From Chara braunii (lineage: Eukaryota > Plantae > Charophyceae), in NCBI GenBank assembly GCA_003427395.1, contig BFEA01000019.1:3340865-3404864 (forward strand): 64,000 bases of DNA. The letters run 5' to 3'. The position numbers and the translations under genes are program-made. The notes beneath the pieces were generated by a model. The model made no database searches. It saw only the letters and a program-made list of their open reading frames with translations, and had not been told where the DNA came from. Positions 10,856-22,400 of this stretch are shown one piece after another; the stretch's first letter is position 1, and every line of letters begins with the position of its first letter.

Positions 10856-11714
10856 CTACCAAAATCCTCTCCGCGGACTCCTCCAAGTACTGTAAAATGC
10901 CGGAAAATCGTTTATGTCCCCAAAATCTTCAATCTCTGCCAGAGTCCAAAGGAACTCACTCCGGTACTGGTCGTGTGCTTTGAGGATTCTTATAACCGAA
11001 CTTTCTACTATGACCTTTGCAAAGTCCCCTGAAAACTTCCGCCTCACTCTTTAGAAGCCTCTCTGCTCTTCTCGAAGTCTCGCGCCACGTTCTACTCAAG
11101 GTCACTTCATTGTAGGGGGACAAGTGCAACGAATAATAGATCAGTCGCGCACTCCCCTCCCCTACCCAGAGTCCGGTCACTCGCGCCTTTTAAACTGCTT
11201 CTCTAGTGCTCTCCACTTCCTCGATCACGGTGAGCCTCTCTAGTTGCTCCAACTGTATTATAACACAAGCGGTTGACCCTTCCAACTTTCCTATAACTCG
11301 CATAGAACATCTTTCACAGCTCATTCTCCCTTTTCATTCTTCGTCACCCCCTGCGACATCCTTCTTCTCTCTTGACGTTGCAGTCTCTATCAACTCCTTT
11401 TTCCTTCCTGTCGACTCAAGTGATCCTTCGTCCCCTTGACCTCTCCTCTTGACACTCTCTAGAAATTCTAGCCTCCATCTCCTAAAGAAATCTTTGTCCT
11501 TTATAAAAAGCCTTCTCAGGGTTTTCGTCGCACCTTCTATTTTGCGCAGCTCACTCTTTCTCTTGTTGGGCCCGCAGTCCTGAATCTTGAGGGTGAGTTC
11601 CTTAACCCGTTCTGCCACTGGTTTAATAATACACTCTTCTACTTTTTTTTTTCTTCCTTCTAGATTTTTCATCTTCTGCGATCCATTTCTCTTCTTACCC
11701 TGAACTTCTATCAT
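10856..11714 (-). pseudogene. Unknown accessory ORF fragments, K/E-rich and coiled-coil-like
   Basis: ORFs 11334-11714, 10956-11180 and 10856-11047 run in series on the same strand. Confidence 0.3.
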
Positions 11715-12151
11715 ATATTGCTTCGAGCCTCCGCGGGTGTCTCGTCCCGAATTATCTCCAAGCGCACTCTTCCTTTAACGCATACGATCACCTCATATAC
11801 TACCCAGCTCTGTATCGTCCCACCGGAGTGAGTATGAAGCTCGAGGTCTATACCTATACAGCTGTTGCTCGTGCTCTGTTATGACAGGGTAATCATATCC
11901 TACTCCTAGCTTCTGCTACCGTCTCATCGAAGAACAACTCAACGCGTAGGTACCCTGGTGACCACACCATTACCTCATACGATATCTTGGTCTGAAAGGT
12001 TACGCATTCGAGGACTCTTGGTCTGTATTCTTGAATAAATTCCCTGGCTTGTAGAATACTCTCCTGCTCAGTCAGGCTGTGCTCTATGCGCGCTCTACAG
12101 TAACCGTGAAACCCTCATTCACAAATTGTCTGCTCACATTAATCCCTGCGG

Positions 12152-12949
12152 TCATACGTCCTGGCATCCCTCCTGCTCGCTATGCACAAACAAGTATCTC
12201 AGGTCCTCCAGCCCGACGTACTTGTCTTCTGCGCGCCTTCGACAATAGTTAATTAGATCTGCAGGTCTCAACCAATCCACCCAACAGGTAGCGTCGATCA
12301 AGTCTCTCCGCGTCTCCTTATCCGGAAGTCCCCACCTTACGCAGACTGCGTAGTATGCTTCTCGGAATCGAGGCTCTAGTCCCAGCAGAAGCGCGGGCAG
12401 AGTGTGGTCGACTGCTTCCCTTAAGCAGTCCATACTCCCGTAAGTTTGTTCTATAACAAACCTAGGTAAGACCATCCGCCAGCTCCCTATCGGATGGTAA
12501 ATCTGTGGGGGAGGCCCGACCACGATCCGCGTGGTAAAAAACCTACCTTTAGCAGTGCACGCCAGTCGTTGTCTCACTATCGCCTCTGCTAAGACCTCAT
12601 ATTTCCACCAGGTTCTGCTAGCGCCAGCAAGCGTCAGCCCTATTTCTATATCTCGCGCCTCATCAAACACAAGATGCCGTATTCCCTTCACTCGTCGGGG
12701 GAATCCTTGGTCCTCTGTAATCACCGTCCACATGAAAACCCCTCTCGCCGGCCAAGTTCCGTAATGTCGAATTGACACCCAAGCTCCTTCCTCTAAACGC
12801 ATCGGAAGTGGCACATCATATCTCAACGCCGTATCTCTTAGTCCTATCAAATCTCTCACTCTAAGGGACTCTGTTCCTCGTGTGAACACATACGTCAACC
12901 ACACGTTCGATTCGCTCCTCATCACCACACGCCTCCCATTCCGCGCCAC
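12152..12949 (-). CDS. Unknown 265-aa accessory ORF, distant paralogue of the two upstream ORFs
   Basis: Long open frame containing WRMVLPRFVIEQTYG, which resembles LRVVLPSFVVDSVFG and LRVRLPLFIVEELWG. Confidence 0.5.
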   Translation of the reverse strand: MARNGRRVVMRSESNVWLTYVFTRGTESLRVRDLIGLRDTALRYDVPLPMRLEEGAWVSIRHYGTWPARGVFMWTVITEDQGFPRRVKGIRHLVFDEARDIEIGLTLAGASRTWWKYEVLAEAIVRQRLACTAKGRFFTTRIVVGPPPQIYHPIGSWRMVLPRFVIEQTYGSMDCLREAVDHTLPALLLGLEPRFREAYYAVCVRWGLPDKETRRDLIDATCWVDWLRPADLINYCRRRAEDKYVGLEDLRYLFVHSEQEGCQDV

Positions 12950-13341
12950 TCTAATCCTTTTCGACGCACTCTATCTTACGAAGTCACTACCTTCTCAGAA
13001 AACTCTACCACTCAGGCTCAAAATAGTCGAGTAAGTGTTGCGCACTCTGCCGTCAGCTGCATGGAAGTAGATGGTATACTCGACATATCTCTGACCTCTC
13101 CGTATCTCCAGGGCATGCTCGGTTATGAGTCTGATCCGGCGCCCAACGTCGTTCATCGCCTCTTCTTCCCAACCCCCTGTCCTATCTCGTTGCAAGGAAA
13201 GGGTCACTCTCAGTGTGTCTTTATCTGCCATCTCTACCGGCGCGCCATACAATACTCGTCTGTCTAGAACTATCCCTCTGAGTCTACCAACTGTCTCCTC
13301 ACCGATCTCGTCTCTAAACTACGCCCGGATACGCCCTGCCT

Positions 13342-14465
13342 CTAATCGTCTCTCACATCCGGCATATCCTCATCTCCGTCCTCGCCTCCGTCTGCATCCA
13401 CACGTCGGCCCCAGGGGATGTCCTCCTGGCCCTCGGCCTGAAGGAGATGTCCCCATCCGTCCTCTAATTGCGCTACTCCTCTTGCCGGCTCCTGGCGATC
13501 CCCTATGACCAGGTCTCCCCAGCTCTGGTCCTGTTCACCCCAAGGCTCTATATCGTCTGCGACCTCCCACTCTCTGTCCTCAGCGTACCACCCAAGGTCC
13601 TCTCTCTCTGGGTACATCCGTTGATAATGCTCCTCTATCTCCCAGGACGAGATAAGCGAGCTGGCCTGTCCTCGGGTGTCTCACTCAGGAGCGCCCCTAG
13701 ACCCTCTAGATAGTCGACCGGTCTCTGGGTCTCTCTCTCCAAGGCTAGCCAGAACTCTAGGGGCTGATACGGGTAGGAGGAGTCTTGCCCTTCTGAGGGC
13801 GCTAGGGCCCGTATGAACTCTACGAGTTGAAGCCCTCTCTCCCCTGTAAACGGTCCCCCGATGAACTGGGCGTACGCAATCCAATCACGATCAGTTAGCC
13901 CTCTCCTCAGTCCGTCTATCTCAAGACTAGCAGAGTAGGTCTCAACAATGTGAGTCAGTCCCCAGAGCTCCTCCACTATGAACAAGGGAAGCCTCACCCG
14001 CAGTCGTACCGAGGGGAACGCAAAAGTCCCTCCGATCCGGAGGGTCGTCCTCGTCTCCCTAATCGGGCCGTGCAACCCCTCACTACCCGCATGGACACTA
14101 TCTACCAGTCCAGATAGAATCCCTCTAGCCTTCTGCTCACAACGCCAAAACTCGTGCACCAAACCCTCAAAATAGGTTGCGGACCTCACCGAGCGCGAAT
14201 AATAAATGTGCCCTATAGCCTCAATACTCGTCGTTCCTGGCGCCCGCCAGCGCTGAGCATCCAGCTGATATGTCTCCACCGCATATGCCCATAGGTGCAC
14301 GTCTAATCCCAACCGCGTCGATCTCCAAGCGGAATGGAGCCCACGCTCAGCCACGCTCCTGGCTAGCAGATCGAACTCTAGCACGTCGGGCTCCACTGTC
14401 TCAGGAGGTCTGGGCCATCTGGCACTGCCGATCACGAGCCCCTCTCTACCAGCCTGCTCTACCAT
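13342..14465 (-). pseudogene. Unknown accessory gene, paralogue 2 (276-aa ORF plus frameshifted acidic Trp-rich tail)
   Basis: Aligns by eye to 14563-15165 over ~115 aa (LRVxLPxFxV, IVExY, GG, QLxExIRxL, WxxLxRE). The tail at 13342-13617 parallels the acidic C-terminus of paralogue 1. Confidence 0.6.
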
Positions 14466-14562
14466 CGAATCGCCTATAGCTACCGGTCGACGCTAATCAC
14501 TGCTCCTTCTCAATCACCACGCCTACCACGCCTCGTCAGCACTCCGTGCCCTAAGGCTACCC

Positions 14563-15560
14563 CTATCTTGGGGAAGTGGGCGTCCGTGATGTCAACCCTA
14601 AGTCCTCCAAGTCAGTGTACTCGCTCTCGGAGTCGACCCAATCGGGCTCCCAAGCCCCCTCGTCATCGTCGTTCTCCCACCCCTCGTAGTCGTACTCGTC
14701 CTCCACACGATACGAACGAAGTCCGAGCGTCTGGTAGTAACGACTCAACTGATACTCACGTATCAGGGGTCCACCAGGGGCCTCGCTCCACATACTCTCC
14801 CAATCCTCCCAAAAGAGTCTCCCGACACAGGTGATGTACTCCGGCCCTGTCCGGGGCTCGCGATCCAACCAACTCCAAACGTACGAGGGTGGCGGCGCTC
14901 CTCTCTCGCAATCGTCCCCTAACGAGCGGATCAGCTCTATCAGCTGAACCCTCTCGTCTCCCCAACGGAGTCCTCCTTTCGCGAGGGAGTAGTGTATATA
15001 GAACACATCTAAACTGCACTTGACAAACGTCTCGAGCTCCCTATAGGCGAGGTACGACTCCACTATAACTCCTATACCTCCGAAGACCGAGTCCACCACA
15101 AAGGAGGGGAGGACAACTCTTAGGCAGGTACCAGAGTAAGGGAAGAACGAATCTCGCGCTATCAAAAGCTCGCCCGCAACATCGAAAGGGGCCGATCGTG
15201 GAACAAGGTCGACGGGTCCTGTGCGTCATCCACGCGGAGCTCGTCGATCTTCTGCTGCAGAAAATCTTGGGCCCTGTCGATAATCGAGCTAGTACCCCAA
15301 GTCACCAGACTCAAAGCAGCCCCCTTGGCTGCTTCCTCTCCTAAGTAAAGATAGGCCCGCACTACGCCATGCGTCTGAACCCCGTACTCCTCCGTCAGAT
15401 GCTGCCTATATATCCACAGCCAAGCGTCAGGGGTCAGGAAGACAGACCTCCACTAGAACTCCCTATCGTGCCACTCAGTAGGCTGCCCGGAAAGTGTAAG
15501 CTCTACCAGGCCACCCTCTATAAGCTCCGGGGCCTCTATCTCCCACGCGCGACTAACCTC
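14563..15560 (-). pseudogene. Unknown accessory gene, paralogue 1 (frameshifted; acidic C-terminal tail; 5' limit approximate)
   Basis: ORFs 15162-15362 and 14563-15165 join by a frameshift and end EDEYDYEGWENDDDEGAWEPDWVDSESEY. Confidence 0.55.
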
Positions 15561-16866
15561 GTAAACCTCGATAGGCGCTAGCGGACACATCCGACTGAAT
15601 ACCCAAAAGATTGTGAAGGGAGGCAGCTAGAGAGTGTGAAAGGAAATATAGATGCCGCAAAATCCTAAAAAATTTTCGGCAGCGCTTTGCCTCCCTTCGT
15701 TGGGAGCCCCGATAAAACGCTACCGATCTGGTCCTAATCTAACCCTAGAGTGTCCTAAAGTGCTATGGCACCGAAAACCAGTCCCGAACAGCCCAAAAAG
15801 GCTCTGAATCAGAGTTCCCTCGAATACAAAGCGTGTGCTCTATTCGAGGGAACCCTATCTGTTGCACCCCTGGTCGTCCCTCCGGGGTACAAATATCGCC
15901 TCCTAGTTAAGAACCAAGTTTGCGAGCTCTACACCCTCTTTGTACTATTTTCTAGGCCATTATCGTATTTTTAGGGGATTTTAATAAATTTAAATTCTCT
16001 AAATTTACTTTTACCCTAGAGAAACACACTGGCTCACCCCCAGCGTCTAGGAGTACGCTAGGTTATCCCTAGAGGGTGGGGCGGCGAGTTTGTTTCTCTC
16101 CCCTGCACTCTCTTGCTATTTATTCTGATTTATATCAAGTAAATGCCAAGTAAATAATTTTAATTACGAAAAAATACCCGTGACGGTACCTAACCCTCAA
16201 GAAGAGGTCGGGAAACGAACTGGTCCCTTCGTCACTCCAATTTTTCTTTCCTTACCCTAGCTAGGGAATTTTCCCATATTTTTCTATATTTAATTCAAAA
16301 AAAATATATTCGGCCAAGATATATTTCCTTCCTTATTTTACATATATTAATATCCTCTATATGAGTCTCCGTGCAAAATCTGACGATTTACTAAGAACCA
16401 CATGAATTGTTATAAATTTCCAAAATTTTGGCAGCACTTCGCCTCCCCCCGTTGGGATGGGGTTCGGCCGAAGGCCTAAAAAGAACGTCGATGATGAGAA
16501 AAATATAAGGAATATTCCAAAAATAATTTCCAGATTTTTACTGGACCTTTAAAGATTTTTTTTTACAATTAATTCGAGATAATTCAAGAAAAAGTAAAAA
16601 AATATATATACATATGAAAAATTTTCGGCAGCAGTTTCCCTCCCCCCGTAGGGATGGGGTTCGGGACAATTGTCCCTAAATCCGCTGTCCGAAAGAGTTG
16701 CGAAAACAATTTTTAAACAATTTAAATTGAAAAATTTCTATTTTCATTAATTTTTACTAATTTTTTATCAAAAAAAAAAAAAAAAAAGGAAAAAATACAA
16801 GGTTCTAAGTTTCCGCACGTATATACTTTCACTATAATTTTTGGGTTTGTAACCGACCCCAAATCC

Positions 16867-16962
16867 CCTAATTAGGGTTCCGCCTAACTAGGGTTCCGCC
16901 TAACTAGGGTTTCCCCTAATTAGGGTTTCCCCTAATTAGGGTTTCTCTAATTAGGGTTTTAG
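16867..16962. repeat. 17-bp tandem repeat with telobox-like TAGGGTT core (~6 copies)
   Basis: CCTAA(T/C)TAGGGTT(T/C)C(G/C) repeated; the minus strand reads AAACCCTA(A/G). Confidence 0.85.
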
Positions 16963-17601
16963 GTTCTTGCGCGCGCTCGCGAGCTCACCACAACCCCCCG
17001 ACTATCTTAGAAATTTTTTTTTTGAGTTCTATTCAGATGAAAAAGAAAACCTATCGGATTACTTTCTTTTTATTTCTTTTCTTTTAATTTTAGTTGAAAT
17101 TTACAAAAGAAAATCAAAAATTTTCTTATTTATATTTTCCTTTTCTATCTGTTCGTTCCCGTTGTTCATTCAAAAAATGTCCGTTTTTCCCGACCAGCGT
17201 CTCAAAATGTCGGGAAAAATGAACTGAACAACTTTTGTCGAAAGGGTTCACTTCAAATTCCAAACCTATTTTCCGCAATTATCAAAAACAAAATTCAGAG
17301 AATTATTAATTAATAATTATAAAAATGAGAATTTTTTTTTTCGAAAAATCCAGCCATCAGATTTTGTTGAAAACGGTCTCAAAATGTTCGCCTCGTCGAG
17401 AGGTCGAACTTTACCCGTGGCGAAGTTCGCACGGAAACATGTGGATTTGGAGATATTAAAAAAACCCTGTATTTGAAATTAAATTAAAAAATAAAAAATA
17501 TCACCTAATCAATCTTGATTATAAGTAATTAGCTCCTGGCTAATTAGCCTGGGCACCACCGTTGATTGGGGAAGGCCGTGGCCTTGGGGTTGTTGTTCCC
17601 C

Positions 17602-17619
17602 TCCCCGACAATGGCGCCA
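17602..17619 (-). promoter_or_regulatory. Primer-binding site, tRNA-Asp type
   Basis: The minus strand reads ...CACAACA-T-TGGCGCCATTGTCGGGGA, a 16/18 match to the Athila-type PBS TGGCGCCGTTGCCGGGGA, 1 nt after an LTR ..CA end. Confidence 0.85.
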
Positions 17620-19179
17620 ATGTTGTGAGGAAACCCGGGGAGGGGCGCCTACTGATCGCTGAGGCCAGGGGCAACAGCGTCTGTCACTCGCTGCGCCCGC
17701 ATCAGAGGTCCTCAGAGATCGGCAGGGATAATTTGTTTTGTACTGCCTGTCCCACTCCCTATTCACGGGAAGTCTTTACACCGTCGTCAGGCCAAGGTAA
17801 CGTAATGAATTATTTCACTCAGTTGAGCTCCTCCCCTTTTCTTTTGCAAGCTCGAAATACTGATCCAAATTGATTATGTGCACTTTGCCTTTCGTTCTCG
17901 TGTTTAACACTCAGAGCAAATTAATAGCCAATCGATCAATGGAGCAACTCAGGGGGGTTCAAGTAGTCCAGCCTCGACGGTGGCTTAGCAAATGGATGGC
18001 CCTGTTCTTCTTCACTGTTGCAGTGAGCCAATCAAGTGGCTCGAGATAGAATGCATCTTATCACAATTATCGAATTTGATCTGTGGAAATAGTCCAGGAT
18101 CTTATTAGCGGACCCGATTGAAGTATATCACTATGCAATTAGGAGCCGAGATTCCTCGGACCTTTTCCGCGAGTCAATCTGAAACTCAGTTTGAAGCATG
18201 TCACTTGCCGTTTGATGGACTCGGCTACCCTCTCTCTAAAACACAAGGACACTCACATTAGCTGCGGTTACTTCCAGTTAACTTGGCTGAGCATCAGCGC
18301 CAATGGCGCAGTTTCCTTTCAATGGGCTGCCTTGAGAATCCGCGCCTTTTCGGCGCACTCATACAATTAATAAAATAAATAAAGAGATTTAGAGAAAACT
18401 AAATTAGAGGTGGAACACTGGGTTTCACAACCCCTCCTTTCTCACCTCTCCTCAGACCGGGCTCTCTCTCTCTTACTCCCTCACTCCCTCTCAACCCACA
18501 GATACTCCGCTGAGCGCTGACCGCCCTCAGATCTCCCGTTGACTGGATCCCTTTTTCATAAGCAGCAATGTTGCATAAAAGAGAAATATACTTAATTAGC
18601 GTTTGATTAATTACAAAAAAAAGACTCCTCTCACGCTGCCGTGTACCCTCTCACGACCTTCAAAGGGGCTCTCCAAGGGCTGGCTCCCCCGTAATCACTT
18701 TGTGTGTTGTCCTAATTCGAACAGGTTCACACGTACCTGTTCATTGCTGAGGGAGGAGCTCGTCGTTACCCCCCCGCTTCTCCGGGTCGGCGGAATGATT
18801 TTTCTCGTCTTCTACAGAAATATGACACCCGTCAGCAAAGCATCCGATCTCATCAGCTGAAGGAGACTGTTGCTCTCGCTCGTGTCACTCACCGATTTTC
18901 CCCCAGCAGCGGAACAACTTGACTGTCCCGGGGATGTTTGATGGGATGTTCTCCGAAGTACCCGATCCCATCAACAGCGGGATCGCTTGTTTACCTTGTC
19001 AGCAAAAGTGACAGGTCTCACCAATCAGCGGGAAGCTAGAGCACCTGATCATCGAGAGGCTCGATTACCTCTTCGGTGAATTCGTAGCCTATTTGCATAT
19101 CAAAGGACCTGGCTGCTGCCACCTGCAACGGGAAAGCAAGCAGTGCTCAATCGTCGGGTTGATGTCTCTCGCCGCTTCG

Positions 19180-19480
19180 CTCCCGTCTGCTGTGGGGATA
19201 CTTGGAACTCTTGAATACCAAATCTGTGACGCTGGTTGTTCCTGGCTATCCACTGGTGTACTTTGGAGTGCTTAATTACAGATTCAGCGAAACTCGCTGT
19301 TCGCGCTAGCAGCGGGTACAGTTGGAATGCTCGATTACCGATTCAGAGATACTGGCTGCTCCCGCTACCAGCGGGCGTACTTGGAATGCTCCATTACAGA
19401 ATCAGAGAAGTTGGTTGTTCCCCCTATCAGCGGATACACTTGGAAATGCTCGATCGCCAACTCAGCGATACTGGCTGGTT
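19180..19480. repeat. ~61-bp degenerate tandem repeat (~5 copies) in the putative LTR
   Basis: GCGG(G/A)TAC..TTGGAATGCTC..TTAC.GA.TCAG.GA..CTGGCTG.TC recurs. Confidence 0.75.
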
Positions 19481-22400
19481 GAAACCCTCTCCCAATCTCA
19501 CCTGTTTCGCGCGTTAGCAGCGGCTATTCCCGCCCACTTGATCTACCGTGGACAGACGCCCTGCGAGCTGACTCTAGCAAAGGCGGACTTCGCCTGACAC
19601 GCGTCTTCGTCTAGCCTTACTCTGCATCCCCCCCCTTGCTTGGTATGGAGTACTTGATTGCTGATCGCAGATTCCTGTGCCCATCGGGAATAGTGCAATT
19701 ACTGCATACCCCGTACCCTCCTGCGAATTCCAGTTTGAACTGGGATCTCCTAATTCATTCCGAGTCTCCTCCTTCCGTTGTTCTCCCCTGCAACCTTTAC
19801 TCTTGTACCAAGGCTCGCCTCCACACATCGGGAGACCAAAGCCCTGACAAAGATGCTCTCTTACTACGCTCACAGTGCACCCCCTTCCCCGACGTGCTCT
19901 CGAACTAGCGTGCTCTAGCCACACTTTGTCGTGGGCTGGGTACGCCTCGCACTCCAGTTTCCTCCCACAACCTGCCAGCCTGGCGCACTCTTTCTCCTTG
20001 TTGAATCGGGTTGTACTGTGGGCGGCGTACACCAGGCGCGCTCGTCCCTCTCATCAGTCCGAATTCCCCATGTTCATGCTTTCCTGGTCAGAGCCCCCAA
20101 CCGGGTTGTTCGATCCCTACTCAATCCCTACTCGAAGCGCTGGCATGGACTGAGTACGCCAGGCATGCTCAGTGATCTTCCTCCCCGACTGAATGACCCA
20201 AGTTTTTCCGCTGACTTCCGTTTAGCCTCCCTGTACCAGAGAATGTGACCCCCCACCGGGAGTCCCAGGGCAGGCCGCGTTTGCCAAGCAAGCCCGGTAC
20301 CGGATCAGTGAGGGCTGCATCGGGGAAAAATCAGCCAAGCTCCAAAACGAACCAGCCCTACTGGTACAACATGCCCGATACCGGGAACTGGACTGCAGCA
20401 ATTTGTCTGGGCTGCGCCAAAGGTCAGCGAAAATGATCAGGCTCAAGCCGCAACTTCTTTTAGTACTTGTAACAGATATCGGCCTTGTAGAACGCTGCTC
20501 GAACCAAAGATATCAGCCCTGACACACCTGACCGAGGCAGCTGTCGCCTGTGCTGTCATCATCACAATCCAATGCAGAATACTATACCTTCGCGCAACGT
20601 GTCGTGATCGTGGCGAATCCTGAAGTACTTATTCAGAGACGTATGTGTCGTACCAATACCGCATCTGAAATAATCATTTGGAGCTGCTGTAACTCGCACC
20701 GATGCCGATCATTTGGAGTTGCTGTAACTCATACTGGTACCGATGTCGAGCACCGTACATTGCAACAATGTTGTGATAGTACCGAACCTGTCCCGGACCT
20801 GAAAATAATGCAGCTGCGTGTACCATGCCGATGCTGAACCAATATCGCACGTGGAATATGTCAAGTGTCGAGTCGATGCCGGCCCTGAAATAAGTTGTAG
20901 TCGTAGAATGCCGCAACCCTGTAATAGTACCGAACCAATGTAAACACCACGTACCGTGTCGATGCCACGCTCAGACCGAATCTGTCCAGATATGTCGTGC
21001 CCGAACCGGAGTAGCGACCATACCGATGCAATGAAGCGGAGCGGAACAATCAAAGTAACATGGCAATAACACCACGCAGTTCGTCCACCCCACACTCATA
21101 GCACACAGGTGGCGGTAAAGCCAAAAATCAAGGAAATCAGGTAAATCAAGCATGTAATCTCAATTATCGAAAAATTGAGAAAATCTTTAGAATCAAGGAA
21201 AATGAACAATCCGAAACTAAATCACATTGCAAATAAATCACATAAAATTTAGCCAAATATCAGATAATCATCCGTTCTTTTCCCTTTTACCCTTTTTAAT
21301 TATTTTCCTTATTTCTTAATCCCATTATCAAAAATAATGAAAATAAAAGAATCTCACTAAAAATAAATCTCGGCGGAATTCAATTAAATATCAAAATTCC
21401 TTGTTTTCCTTTTCTTTTATTGGTTTTCGACTCCTTTCCCTATTTCTAATTCGATTACCAAAAATTCCCCAAATATTGAGGGCGGTTCCATTAAAATTTA
21501 AATATCAAGGAATTTTTATAAATTAAGGAATATTCGCTTTTCTCCTCTCTTCTTTTGTCCTTAATTCTTTTCCCCATTTTTAATTCTAATATTAAAATTA
21601 ATGAAATGTGAGGCTTCATTCCTACGTCCTTTGGACAGCGTAAAAGGGTCTCGCCAAAGCCTACTCTCAAATTTTCGTCTTGCGGCCAGTCGTTTCGGGA
21701 ACAGGCTCAAAGTGGGCAGAAATGAGGTAGACAATAAAGTAGCCATCAGGGCAGCTAAGCGGTATTCCTTCTCGCCAATTTTGAGGGCTAGTCTTGATGG
21801 TTGACGCACGCAAAATTAGGGGTGGTTTAGCTACCCCTAATTTTTTTCGACCGATCGGACAAAAGTCCCAACCGATCCTTTCTCAGATAACTCTTCTAAG
21901 GGTCAATTCCCGGGTATTAGGGCGACCGACTGGCCTTCGGTTGCCCGACAACGCGAGAGTCGATATGCTCGATAACGCATAAATAATCCCGCAAGCCGCC
22001 AAGACAGCGAGGTGGCATTGTCCCATCGCCACTCTAGCCGGATGCGCCAGCCTTACTTCTCGCGGTCCCCTACGACAAGATAAGTTCGAGCAGGGCACAA
22101 CTTACCTTTCCCGAAAGGACTGTCACCACCCTTAGGGACGTATCACTACCGAGCTACTGACCCACGTGCAAAAGCTTTTAAATACAATTGCAGAGGTACT
22201 TTAGCTGTGGGCGTTTACTCACTCGATGTAGTATAGGTACACGTGGTTAAAACGCCTATTAAACTTGGACGTCGTTCGTCCCTTAAGGCGTTCATTTCCT
22301 ACGTACGAAGCGTACGTCGGTCGATTAGGGAGGTCTTAGCCAAGCGTAAGACCCAGAAGTATCCTAATCGCTTAAACGTTGAATTCGGAGAGACGAAATT

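Larger units (their letters stand above)
6661..21100 (-). mobile_element. Giant Ty3/Gypsy retrotransposon: 5' LTR (from 17621 rightwards, outer end not defined), PBS, long leader with accessory ORFs, gag, protease, RT; 3' part lost or displaced
   Basis: Co-oriented order on the minus strand of LTR end (TGTTGTG at 17621), PBS, ORF cassette, gag, protease and RT. The right boundary is approximate. Confidence 0.7.

Noticed and set aside
16867-16962. Interstitial telomere or chromosome fusion scar
   Set aside because: The unit is 17 bp rather than a TTTAGGG run, and it sits within a retroelement leader.
21100-21125. Plus-strand PBS (CA-GG-TGGCGGTAAAGCC)
   Set aside because: I cannot match it to a tRNA 3' end, and no plus-strand gag or pol follows.
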